64,000 bases of DNA from IMG/VR virus record IMGVR_UViG_3300028840_001395, positions 62,001 to 126,000 of that record. The stretch is one strand, 5' to 3'. The notes beneath the pieces are model-generated. The model had not been told where the DNA came from and searched no databases. It saw only the letters and a list, made by a program, of their open reading frames with translations. Both the position numbers and the translations under genes were made by a program. This document shows positions 19,025 through 27,133 of the stretch, piece after piece (within the stretch, counting starts at the first letter, position 1; every line of letters starts with the position of its first letter).

Positions 19025-21982
19025 CTACTTGATCTTCCTCTTCCCTGTATATCCCAGCGCCTTGCGGAACTCCTTGACGGCCTTGACCCACTTGGCCCGC
19101 GTGGTGGGGATGCGCTTCAACTCGTAGAAGAAGCGAGTGTTGTCCATGATGCCCCGGTAGAGGGTCTTGTCCTTGTCGGACTTCGCGGCAACTCCTGTAA
19201 AGAAATCAATGGCTTTGTTCTTCTGGGCCTTGGTCTTCAGCTCCGAGATCTGCCCCTTGAACTCATCGACGGCATCATCGAGTCGGGTGTAGAACTCGAT
19301 GTCATCCATCGCGTGGAAGTCGAAGTCCTTGGGATTCTGCTTCACCACCCGGCCATGCCCGAAGTCCCGGTCACCGAACCCCTGCTCCCTCAGCTCCCTG
19401 AGTGCGTGCTGCAATTTGGGGTCATCCTCACGGAAGCCCTGGCTCCTGGGATTCATCCATTGCTGATACTGGGGTGTCCGCAGCTTCTTCGGAGGCAGAC
19501 CCGCCTTGCCACCCACTGCATCGGAGAGGAAGCTCTGGGCGAAATGCTGGCTCTCATGCCGGACGATTCTCCGAAGCTGGTTGCGGCTCCAGTCGTAGAT
19601 GCTGTTGGGCAGCGTGATCTTCATCGTCCTGATGATGTCCGCCCAGGTCGCCAAGGCCCCGGGGATCTCATCAGTGGTCAGGATGACTCTGACCTTCTGG
19701 AAGGGGGTGATTGGCTTGCCCGCCTTGAGGGCCTTGACCTCGGCCCGGAGATCCTTGAGTTCTTGGATCTCGATCTTCCTGAGCTTGGCCAGGCCAGGAT
19801 CTAGCTTCTCACCCCGAGCCTTGAGGGCCTTGATCTTCTTCTCGTCGTCCTTGTTCCACTGCTCCCGCATCTTCAGCCGCTTCTCTGCTCCGGCCAGATA
19901 CTTCTTGATGCGGCCCTGGTCGGCCAGGATGCCCTCGTACTTCCAGCCCTTCAGGAGCGGGGCCACCTCAAACTCCCGCTCCACGTTGCCGGGGGTGGCC
20001 TTCTTGTACTCGGACACCTGGAACTTCTTGAGGTGGGCCTTCTCCTTCTCCAGACGCTCGTTCTCCCCAGCCCCCCACATCTGCTGGGCGTTGACCCGTT
20101 CCTCGATGCCCTTGAACATGCGATCCATCGTGGCGGCGAGCTTGCCCTCACGGTAGAGCTTGTAGAAGTCCCGCGACTTGATGCCGGGTCGCCCGGGGAC
20201 ACCCACGGCTGTCCAGGCGAACTGGCTGGTCACCAGATGCACGATGCTGTTCTTGCCCTTCTGGCCCGCGTACATCTCCCAGAGGGCCTTGGGCTTGGTC
20301 TTCGCTCGGAGGGCCTTGCGGAACGCGGTGAAGGCCTTCTTGATCTTCTGGCCTTCCTTCTTCTTCTCGATGTCCAACTGGCGGTTGTATTCCATGCTCT
20401 TGTCGATGTCCGCCATGATCTTCGTGGCAGCTACCGACAAGGCCCACTTGGAGATCTCTTCGACCATCAAGGGCGGGGCTTCCAGGCGACCCGACGTGCG
20501 CTGGCTTGTCGCTCCAATCCACCTGGCGGCGACCCGGACAGCCACATCCTCATCTTCCAGGTCATCGAGGATGTCCTGCAACGAAGCCGTCTTGCCCAGC
20601 GCCTTCTGCACGAAGGTCTGGGGGTCGAATAGCAGCTTGGTCTTGCCGCCCAGGATGGCCTTCTCCAACGTGTCGGCCACTCCGCCTTGGCTCAGGAAGC
20701 GCAAGATGATCTCGGGGTTCACGTAGGAGCGGATGGTCGTCGCCACATCCTCGTGGCTCAACGCCTCCTGGGCCTTGTGGTAGGCCGCGTCGAGCGTCGC
20801 TGCGATCTCCTGGGCGACCCGTTCGGCCAGGTCGTCACCCTGCTTCTTGGAGAAGCCCTTGATTCTGGCGTAGAGTTCGGCCTGAGCTTCGCGCAGGTTG
20901 TCGAGGACGGTCTCGGTCGCCTTGAGCTTGCGGAAGTCGGTCGGGGAGAAGTCCCCGAGCTGCTCCCGAAAGTACCGCTGCAGGTCGGTGTAGGTGAACT
21001 GCTGACCCTTGGAGGTCGTGAAGATGAACTTCGACCCGCCCTTCTTCGCCTTCTCCACGTAGTCCTTGAGGATCTTGACGATGGAGGCGTCCGAGAGGTT
21101 GGCGACGTTGGTGCCGCCCTTCTTTCCGAGGAACTCCATCGTGACGAAGTTGTTTCGGACGAACTTGACGTGCTTGGGGCCGAGGGTGATGGCCCCGAAG
21201 GTCTCGATCTCGACCTCCTTGCCGTCCTGAATCTTGACGACCTTGTTGCCCTCCTTGCCGGGCCGGATGCCAGTCTCCATGATGATGGCGGTGATGAGGG
21301 CAGCCATCTGGGTCAGTTCATCGCTGCTCTTGAGGTCTTTCTTCACCTGGCGGGCGATCTTGTTGTAGTGCTTGATGAGCTTGTGCATTTTCTGGATCTT
21401 CTTCGCCAGCGTCAGATGCTCGTTCTCGAAGCGGTCGGTGACCTTGGAGATCACCCCGCTCTCGTCCACCTCAACCACGATGTTCTTCGGCAGGAACGCC
21501 CGGATGTCCTCGGGCACGACCTCCCGCAAGGGGGCCTGACTCTCCGCGATGGCGATGGCCTCAAAGCCCTTGTCGGCCTGCTTGCCGACCTCGACCAGCA
21601 CCTTCTTGAGCGGGAACTTGTTGGGGTAGCAGAGCCGGTTCCTCGCCTGATACAAGACCTGGGAGCGCCACGACTTCGCCTTGGGATTCTGTGCCTCTGA
21701 CCCTATCCAGGTGTTCAGGTAGTTCTCGACCTGGGGGAGCACCTTGATCATCTTGATGAAGACCCGTCCCCTGCGGGAGAGGCTCACCTTGTCCTTGCCG
21801 GGCTGGGCGGCGTTGGCCTGGTCAGCGTAGGGCTGCAGCTCCTTCAGGAGCGCCTTGAAGGCATTGAGAGCGCCCTTGATGTGCTTCTCACGGGCCTTGA
21901 TGTCCGCCTGCCAGGCCCGGCTCTCGGGCGTAGGACGCCGAGCACAGACCCAACGGGCAGCTACTCGGGAGGCCGTGGTCAT
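19025..21982 (-). CDS. Type IB topoisomerase fused to a C-terminal zincin-like (HExxH) domain
   Basis: TGIRPGKE, FLGKKG, DFRKLKAT, LSH..ATTIRSYVNP; VRHESQH. Confidence 0.8.
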   Translation of the reverse strand: MTTASRVAARWVCARRPTPESRAWQADIKAREKHIKGALNAFKALLKELQPYADQANAAQPGKDKVSLSRRGRVFIKMIKVLPQVENYLNTWIGSEAQNPKAKSWRSQVLYQARNRLCYPNKFPLKKVLVEVGKQADKGFEAIAIAESQAPLREVVPEDIRAFLPKNIVVEVDESGVISKVTDRFENEHLTLAKKIQKMHKLIKHYNKIARQVKKDLKSSDELTQMAALITAIIMETGIRPGKEGNKVVKIQDGKEVEIETFGAITLGPKHVKFVRNNFVTMEFLGKKGGTNVANLSDASIVKILKDYVEKAKKGGSKFIFTTSKGQQFTYTDLQRYFREQLGDFSPTDFRKLKATETVLDNLREAQAELYARIKGFSKKQGDDLAERVAQEIAATLDAAYHKAQEALSHEDVATTIRSYVNPEIILRFLSQGGVADTLEKAILGGKTKLLFDPQTFVQKALGKTASLQDILDDLEDEDVAVRVAARWIGATSQRTSGRLEAPPLMVEEISKWALSVAATKIMADIDKSMEYNRQLDIEKKKEGQKIKKAFTAFRKALRAKTKPKALWEMYAGQKGKNSIVHLVTSQFAWTAVGVPGRPGIKSRDFYKLYREGKLAATMDRMFKGIEERVNAQQMWGAGENERLEKEKAHLKKFQVSEYKKATPGNVEREFEVAPLLKGWKYEGILADQGRIKKYLAGAEKRLKMREQWNKDDEKKIKALKARGEKLDPGLAKLRKIEIQELKDLRAEVKALKAGKPITPFQKVRVILTTDEIPGALATWADIIRTMKITLPNSIYDWSRNQLRRIVRHESQHFAQSFLSDAVGGKAGLPPKKLRTPQYQQWMNPRSQGFREDDPKLQHALRELREQGFGDRDFGHGRVVKQNPKDFDFHAMDDIEFYTRLDDAVDEFKGQISELKTKAQKNKAIDFFTGVAAKSDKDKTLYRGIMDNTRFFYELKRIPTTRAKWVKAVKEFRKALGYTGKRKIK

Positions 21983-22575
21983 CCCAGCCTGCGGAGCCAG
22001 CGGGCAGCGACCCTCGTTGCCACGACCTTGCGCCACTTCGACCAGCCCTCGTCAGCCAACCCTTGCACATCTTCTTCGGTGCAGACCACCTCATGGGGGG
22101 TCGCCCGGACAGGATGGGCCACGAAAGACTTGTCGAGGCCCTCCACGAAGCGAGCGATCTTCTTGATGTTGTGGAGGTTGTCCTCCCAGACATGGACGGT
22201 ATCGATCTGGGGATGCTTGGCCAGGATACCAGATACCACGGCCACCTTGTAGCCGCCCGTCGAGTCCCCGGGGTTCAGATAGACCTCATCGAAGTTGAGT
22301 CCCGCCTGCTTGAGCAGTTCACCGACACGCAGGCGGTGGGCGCTCTGAAGAGGGCGACCTGTGCAGAGGATGGCCCAGGTGTCCCGGTCGCTGATGCTCT
22401 GCTTGGCTGCCTGGACGGTCTTGCCGATCCACCAGTCGCGGCCCGGCTTGAGGGGAACGCAGGGAGGCCCCAGTGACTCGGGGGCCATGATCCAAGAGTC
22501 CTTGCCCCACCAGTCGGGGCGCTGTGGCGACCGGAAGAGAGTGCCGTCGAAGTCGTAGAGGTGGAGTTCGGCCAT
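21979..22575 (-). CDS. HAD-family phosphatase (Swiss-Army-Knife RNA-repair-like HAD)
   Basis: YDFDGTLFRSP, LCTGR, VWEDN. Confidence 0.75.
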   Translation of the reverse strand: MAELHLYDFDGTLFRSPQRPDWWGKDSWIMAPESLGPPCVPLKPGRDWWIGKTVQAAKQSISDRDTWAILCTGRPLQSAHRLRVGELLKQAGLNFDEVYLNPGDSTGGYKVAVVSGILAKHPQIDTVHVWEDNLHNIKKIARFVEGLDKSFVAHPVRATPHEVVCTEEDVQGLADEGWSKWRKVVATRVAARWLRRLG

Positions 22576-22841
22576 CAGATCTTCATCCGCTTGAGCTTGG
22601 CGATCTGCGGCCCCAGAATCTTGCCGACCTGGCGCATGACGCTGGCGGACTCTGCCACGTCGGGATGTCCATCGGCCAGGCCCGGAGTGCGGCCCTTGGG
22701 TGCCCAGTGGATGAGGACTTCCTCGATGTCATCGAGGGCCTTGTCGAGCTTCTTGACGCCCCAGTCGAGTTCCTTCTGGGCTTCGGTTGCCCCCTGGCGC
22801 TGAAGATGGCGGGCGGCGACTTTCTTGGCGAGGGCATCCAT
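22575..22841 (-). CDS. Hypothetical protein (KKVAARHL N-terminus)
   Basis: SD GGAGG. Confidence 0.7.
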   Translation of the reverse strand: MDALAKKVAARHLQRQGATEAQKELDWGVKKLDKALDDIEEVLIHWAPKGRTPGLADGHPDVAESASVMRQVGKILGPQIAKLKRMKI

Positions 22842-22897
22842 CGGGAACCTCCGTGGCTCTACACGGGAGCGAATCATAGGGAATCTACCGACATCAT

Positions 22898-22968
22898 CTT
22901 ATCTCTCGGGCCTCCGAAGTAGTCTGGGCGAAAAAAGTGCTTGACAACTTTGCCCAGAGGTGTATCCT
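22898..22968 (+). promoter_or_regulatory. Tandem promoters of tRNA array 1: phage motif CTTAT-N14-AAGTAGTCT and sigma70 TTGACA-N16-TATCCT
   Basis: Both motifs read directly from the sequence. Confidence 0.7.
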
Positions 22969-22996
22969 GGGAAGCCACGAAAGGGAACGACCCGAG

Positions 22997-23098
22997 ATGA
23001 ACCGCTTGTTTACCACCACCTCAACGACCACACTGAGCCTTACCTGGCTCAGCCGGTCGTACCTGTCCGAGCGCAGGCCGGAGGTGGTGAGCGGGTAG
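22997..23098 (+). CDS. Putative attenuator leader peptide 1 (33 aa, MNRLFTTTSTTTLSLTWLSRSYLSERRPEVVSG)
   Basis: Lies between promoter and terminator; its 3' end can pair with the terminator 5' arm. Confidence 0.75.
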   Translation: MNRLFTTTSTTTLSLTWLSRSYLSERRPEVVSG

Positions 23099-23121
23099 TT
23101 CCTACGCCAAGTGAGAACACC

Positions 23122-23163
23122 CGAAACCCCCTCCGGCGACTGGCCGGAGGGGGTTTCGTGCTT
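23122..23163 (+). terminator. Attenuator terminator hairpin of array 1
   Basis: CGAAACCCCCTCCGGC/GCCGGAGGGGGTTTCG 16-bp stem, weak U tail. Confidence 0.75.
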
Positions 23164-23166
23164 AGA

Positions 23167-23217
23167 GGGCCTGAGAGTGGGCCGCGACCTTTGACAAGTG
23201 AATAGGATTTCCCGTGC
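23167..23217 (+). promoter_or_regulatory. Hairpin + boxA-like element + 5' strand of long-range stem
   Basis: GGGCCTGAGAGTGGGCC then CTTTGACAAGTGAATAG; near-identical copy heads array 2. Confidence 0.65.
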
Positions 23218-23245
23218 TGACGGAATGCCACTGCCGTCAGCACAT

Positions 23246-23332
23246 GCTGGGATGGCGGAATTGGTAGACGCGCCGGTTCGAGAGGCCGGTGGACTTAGTG
23301 CCGTGGGGGTTCGACTCCCCCTCCCAGCACCA
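23246..23332 (+). tRNA. tRNA-Leu(GAG), C at position 33
   Basis: Cloverleaf, long variable arm, loop TCGAGAG, CCA. Confidence 0.75.
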
Positions 23333-23334
23333 AT

Positions 23335-23427
23335 GGAGAGGCAAGCCGATGGGTGACGGCAGCCGCTTGGAAAGCGGTCGAGGTCTGTTGAAGGCCCTTG
23401 AGGGTTCGACTCCCTCTCTCTCCGCCA
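23335..23427 (+). tRNA. tRNA-Ser(GGA)
   Basis: Loop TTGGAAA, CCA. Confidence 0.9.
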
Positions 23428-23439
23428 AAGAAACGCAGT

Positions 23440-23528
23440 GCTGGGGTGGCGGAATGGTAGACGCGCCAGGCTCAGAACCTGGTGGGACGCAAGTGCCCGT
23501 GGGAGTTCGACTCTCCCCCTCAGCACCA
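23440..23528 (+). tRNA. tRNA-Leu(CAG)
   Basis: Loop CTCAGAA, CCA. Confidence 0.9.
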
Positions 23529-23530
23529 AC

Positions 23531-23620
23531 GGAAGGTCAAGCAGATTGGCGACTGCAGCGGCTTGCTAAGCCGTCGAGGTGTAAAAGCCCTTGGGGGTTC
23601 GACTCCCCCACCTTCCGCCA
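23531..23620 (+). tRNA. tRNA-Ser(GCT)
   Basis: Loop TTGCTAA, CCA. Confidence 0.9.
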
Positions 23621-23630
23621 ACTTCGCTAC

Positions 23631-23706
23631 AGGGGGCGCTCTGGGTAAGCGGGCTGGTCTCCAAAACCGGCTGATCTGGGGAGTTCGATTCTCCCGCCCC
23701 CTGCCA
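23631..23706 (+). tRNA. tRNA-Trp(CCA)
   Basis: Loop CTCCAAA, CCA. Confidence 0.85.
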
Positions 23707-23723
23707 GATGATGCAAAGCGCGT

Positions 23724-23809
23724 GCGGTGGTGGTGGAATGGTAGACACGCCAGCTTGAGGGGCTGGTCCTGGAAACAGGGTGGAGGTTCGACTCCTCTTC
23801 ACCGCACCA
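23724..23809 (+). tRNA. tRNA-Leu(GAG)
   Basis: Loop TTGAGGG, CCA. Confidence 0.9.
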
Positions 23810-23817
23810 ATCTTCGT

Positions 23818-23892
23818 GCTGGGGTAGCTCATTGGTAGAGCACCTGAGTGAAGCCCAGGGTGTAGGTGGTTCGATTCCACTCCCCAGCACCA
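23818..23892 (+). tRNA. tRNA-Phe(GAA), atypical anticodon arm
   Basis: Loop GTGAAGC, CCA. Confidence 0.75.
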
Positions 23893-23903
23893 CAAACTTC
23901 GTT

Positions 23904-23980
<77 letters not shown>

Positions 23981-23989
23981 AGACCCGTT

Positions 23990-24076
23990 CGGAGAGTTGA
24001 GCAGTGTGGTGAGCTTAGCGGGCTGTAACCCCGTGGCCGATTGGCTTTGGAGGTTCGATTCCTCTCTCTCCGACCA
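23990..24076 (+). tRNA. tRNA-Tyr(GTA)
   Basis: Loop CTGTAAC, CCA. Confidence 0.85.
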
Positions 24077-24085
24077 AGAACGCAT

Positions 24086-24173
24086 GGCGCGGGAAGCGTG
24101 TGGCTGGGACCGCCGGTTGACTGTAAATCAACTGCCTGATGGCTGAGGGGTTCGATTCCTCACCGCGCCACCA
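24086..24173 (+). tRNA. tRNA-Tyr(GTA)
   Basis: Loop CTGTAAA, CCA. Confidence 0.85.
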
Positions 24174-24195
24174 ACTTCGGGGGTATCATGCCCTC

Positions 24196-24666
24196 ATGAG
24201 CGTCTGGTTCCACGGAACGACCCAGGAGAACGCCGAGAAGATCCTACAAGAGGGCTTCCAGCCCGGCACCTACTTCGGTGAGCACCTGGAGGATGCTGTC
24301 CACTTCGGCGGTGGGTTCGTCTTTGAGGTGTACTTCAAGGAGGCACCCTCCAAGAACTGGCAGTGGCGCTGCTCCGAGGTCATCCCCGTGAGCGCGATCC
24401 TCAACCTCATCAGGTATCAACCCGAGGTCGTTCACTGGAGTCCAGAAGCAGCCCGCCGGATGAAGGCGGATCACTTCGAGGAGGAAGGCTACACCATCTG
24501 TGACACCTGCGATGGCAGAGGTCAGATGGAAGCCTACCCGCCCCTCACCCACTGGCGCGACCGGGAGAAATGCACCCTCTGCCCCGACTGTAGGGGGTAT
24601 GGCTCCCCAGACAAACGCGACGCCTGGGATGAAATGTCCAGGAAGATGGAAGAGGCAAAGGGTTAA
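24196..24666 (+). CDS. ADP-ribosyltransferase-like domain plus CxxCxGxG zinc finger
   Basis: WFHGTT...ILQEGF...YF; CDTCDGRG, CPDCRGYG. Confidence 0.55.
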   Translation: MSVWFHGTTQENAEKILQEGFQPGTYFGEHLEDAVHFGGGFVFEVYFKEAPSKNWQWRCSEVIPVSAILNLIRYQPEVVHWSPEAARRMKADHFEEEGYTICDTCDGRGQMEAYPPLTHWRDREKCTLCPDCRGYGSPDKRDAWDEMSRKMEEAKG

Positions 24667-24752
24667 GGCCCTGTGGCGGAATTGGGAGACGCGCCCGCCT
24701 TAAAACTGGGTGTCCTAGCGGCGTCCGGGTTCGAGTCCCGGCGGGGCCACCA
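24667..24752 (+). tRNA. tRNA-Leu(TAA)
   Basis: Loop CTTAAAA, CCA. Confidence 0.8.
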
Positions 24753-24757
24753 CCTGC

Positions 24758-24836
24758 GAGGGGCGGAGCCAGTCATTGCCGTAGGCTGGCGGGTAGGCAA
24801 AACGGGCCAGGGTTCGAGTCCCTCAGCCCCTCATCA
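24758..24836 (+). ncRNA. tRNA-like element without a canonical anticodon arm
   Basis: GAGGGGC/GCCCCTC acceptor stem, T arm AGGG-TTCGAGT-CCCT, ends TCA. Confidence 0.5.
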
Positions 24837-24851
24837 AGACGCTTTGCGTGT

Positions 24852-24938
24852 GCGAGGGTGGCGGAATTGGTAGACGCGCCGGTCTTAGGAGCCGGTGTCC
24901 TCCGTGGCGTAGGGGTTCAAGTCCCCTCTCTCGCACCA
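24852..24938 (+). tRNA. tRNA-Leu(TAG)
   Basis: Loop CTTAGGA, CCA. Confidence 0.9.
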
Positions 24939-24946
24939 TCTTCGTT

Positions 24947-25032
24947 GCCAGAGTGGCGGAATGGTAGACGCGGCTGGCTCAAACCCAGTTGTCCGAAAGG
25001 GCGTGAAGGTTCGACTCCTTTCTCTGGCACCA
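24947..25032 (+). tRNA. tRNA-Leu(CAA)
   Basis: Loop CTCAAAC, CCA. Confidence 0.9.
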
Positions 25033-25044
25033 ACTTCGATCAAT

Positions 25045-25119
25045 GCCAACGTGGCTCAAAGGTAGAGCAGTCGCCTCGTAAGCGACAGGTTGTCGGTTCA
25101 AGTCCGACCGTTGGCTCCA
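25045..25119 (+). tRNA. tRNA-Thr(CGT)
   Basis: Loop CTCGTAA, CCA. Confidence 0.92.
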
Positions 25120-25126
25120 GATTCGT

Positions 25127-25202
25127 GCCAGTGTAGCTCAGTTGGTAGAGCGCCTCCCTTGTAAGGAGGATGTCGCGGGTTCGATCCCTGTCACTGGCTC
25201 CA
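25127..25202 (+). tRNA. tRNA-Thr(TGT)
   Basis: Loop CTTGTAA, CCA. Confidence 0.92.
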
Positions 25203-25316
25203 CGGTATAATCCCCAGGCCCCCTCGGTGAGTGGGAATGGGCAAGGCGGCGGTCAAGGTCCCCCACCGGCCTTGGCGTGAAGTGTCGCGGCTCACCTTGG
25301 GGGCTTCATCAACAAC

Positions 25317-25391
25317 GCCAACGTGGCCAAGTGGTAAGGCACCGCCTTGGTAAGGCGGCGATCCCCGGTTCAAGTCCGGGCGTTGGCTCCA
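25317..25391 (+). tRNA. tRNA-Thr(GGT)
   Basis: Loop TTGGTAA, CCA. Confidence 0.92.
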
Positions 25392-25400
25392 AAGTTGTGA

Positions 25401-25555
25401 GGGGGAGTGGCGAAATTGGTAAACGCGCTGACTCAAACTGGCGTTTCCACCCTACCCTCCCGGCGAGGAGGAACTGCGAAGCGGCTTCAGAGTATCTGGG
25501 CTTGAAACCCAGTGCCTTTCGAGGCTTGTAGGTTCGATTCCTACCTCCCCCTCCA
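25401..25555 (+). tRNA. Interrupted tRNA (anticodon TGA) with a 68-nt insert in the anticodon stem
   Basis: Removing 25431-25498 gives an 87-nt type II cloverleaf. Confidence 0.65.
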
Positions 25556-25558
25556 TTC

Positions 25559-25633
25559 GGCCCCTTCTTCTAGTGGTTAGGATACCAGACTCTCAATCTG
25601 GCGACACGGGTTCAACTCCCGTAGGGGTCACCA
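25559..25633 (+). tRNA. tRNA-Glu(CTC)
   Basis: Loop CTCTCAA, CCA. Confidence 0.9.
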
Positions 25634-25643
25634 CAGTTCTCAT

Positions 25644-25719
25644 GGCCCGGTGGTCTAGTGGGCAGGACGCTGGACTCTCAATCCAGAGGTCGCGGGTTCA
25701 AACCCCGTCCGGGTCACCA
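25644..25719 (+). tRNA. tRNA-Glu(CTC)
   Basis: Loop CTCTCAA, CCA. Confidence 0.9.
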
Positions 25720-25934
25720 TCTATTCCCTTGCCGCCCCCTGTTTCCGTCGTCAGATGGATGCGGGCGCGGTAGGTTTCCCGCCTGGGCATTCCAACCGTC
25801 CGGGGTCAAGGGTCCGGAGGCCCTGATGGGGGTGACCTCATCGGGAGGCCCGAGAGAAGGTATCCGGTATGGGAACCAGCAGGGGGCGGCTTACCTCTTC
25901 GCCCGTGAGAGTAGTATAGGTGTGGAGGTGTCCC

Positions 25935-26801
25935 GTGATCACCGCGATTCGCATCAGCAACCCCGAGACCGCCTGTGTCCCCTGGTGGTCAGAGGTGGAG
26001 CAACTCAAGGGCCTCAAGAGCATCAAGTTCGACCCTGGACTCAATGTCCTGGTTGGCCCCAATGGCTCGGGCAAGAGCACCATCCTGATGGCCCTGGCCC
26101 GGATGCTTCACTGCGCCCAAGGGGATGTCCAAGTTGTCACGCAGACCTCCGTGATTGACATCTGTGGGCCTGGTCTTGGCTCGAAGATCATGAAGGGCGT
26201 GATGCCCGTCCATGATGGCCTCCCGGTGATGCACTTCGACCCGTCCAAGACGGTCGGTCTCTTCGGCGGCTCTTTCGACTGGGACTTCGGGATGGAGGGC
26301 ATCCAGAACACGATGGCCAAAGGGTCAGCGGGGCAGACCACCCTCATCAGATTCGACCGAGTGGGAGCGGTACTCCTGGGTCACAAGGAACCAGAGGGTG
26401 TCGAGTGGAAGCACACCCCCTACAAGGACACGACCAAGAATCAGATCGAGAAGATCCTCGCGGGCAAGCCGATCAAGGGGAAGAAAAGCCGACCGACCCT
26501 CCTGCTGGATGAACCGACTCGCAGCCTCGACATGAGGTACCAGATGGGGGTCTGGGTCAACATCGCAAGAGCGGCCCAGAAGCGTCTCCAGATCATCGTG
26601 GCGGCGCACTCTCCCCTGGCGCTCCTCATCCCAGGGGCGAACATCATCGAGATGGAGAAGGGCTACGCGGAAGCGGTCAAGCTCAACCTGGACGCGCTCA
26701 TCAACACGGAGCGGATGATCGAACTCATCAACCAGGAACCGCAGAAGCCCAAGAAGAAGGCTGTCAAGAAGCCCAAGAAGAAGGCTGCCAAGAAGAAGTG
26801 A
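25935..26801 (+). CDS. ABC/AAA-type ATPase
   Basis: GPNGSGKST, GSAGQ, LLLDEP, AHS; phage promoter motif upstream. Confidence 0.85.
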   Translation: MITAIRISNPETACVPWWSEVEQLKGLKSIKFDPGLNVLVGPNGSGKSTILMALARMLHCAQGDVQVVTQTSVIDICGPGLGSKIMKGVMPVHDGLPVMHFDPSKTVGLFGGSFDWDFGMEGIQNTMAKGSAGQTTLIRFDRVGAVLLGHKEPEGVEWKHTPYKDTTKNQIEKILAGKPIKGKKSRPTLLLDEPTRSLDMRYQMGVWVNIARAAQKRLQIIVAAHSPLALLIPGANIIEMEKGYAEAVKLNLDALINTERMIELINQEPQKPKKKAVKKPKKKAAKKK

Positions 26802-26857
26802 GTTCTCCGGGTTCGGGGCCAGGGCCGGAAGGCAGCAACCTCGAACCCAACTTCAAT

Positions 26858-26934
26858 ACCCTCGTAGCTCAGGGGATAGAGCACTGGCCTCCGAAGCCAG
26901 GTTAGCACAGGTTCAATTCCTGTCGAGGGTACCA
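26858..26934 (+). tRNA. tRNA-Arg(CCG)
   Basis: Loop CTCCGAA, CCA. Confidence 0.88.
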
Positions 26935-26935
26935 C

Positions 26936-27024
26936 GGAGGGGCAAGCAGATTGGCGACTGCACCCGCCTCGAAAGCGGACGAGCTGTGAAAGGCCTTGGG
27001 GGTTCGACTCCCCCTCCCTCCGCC
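26936..27024 (+). tRNA. tRNA-Ser(CGA)
   Basis: Loop CTCGAAA, CCA. Confidence 0.9.
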
Positions 27025-27038
27025 AAAAAGAAAACCAC

Positions 27039-27124
27039 GGAGGCGATCTGGCTGGATGAAGGCCTCGCCTTGAAAGCGAGTGGTCCGAAAGGGCTTGGGG
27101 GTTCGAGTCCCTCCGCCTCCGCCA
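27039..27124 (+). tRNA. tRNA-Ser(TGA)
   Basis: Loop CTTGAAA, CCA. Confidence 0.85.
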
Positions 27125-27133
27125 ACGACTCGT

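Noticed and set aside
3608-21700. Long + strand ORFs such as 3608-5029, 5069-7009, 7006-8997, 9913-11691 and 18125-19804
   Set aside because: Antisense shadows of real - strand genes in high-GC DNA; no recognisable motifs
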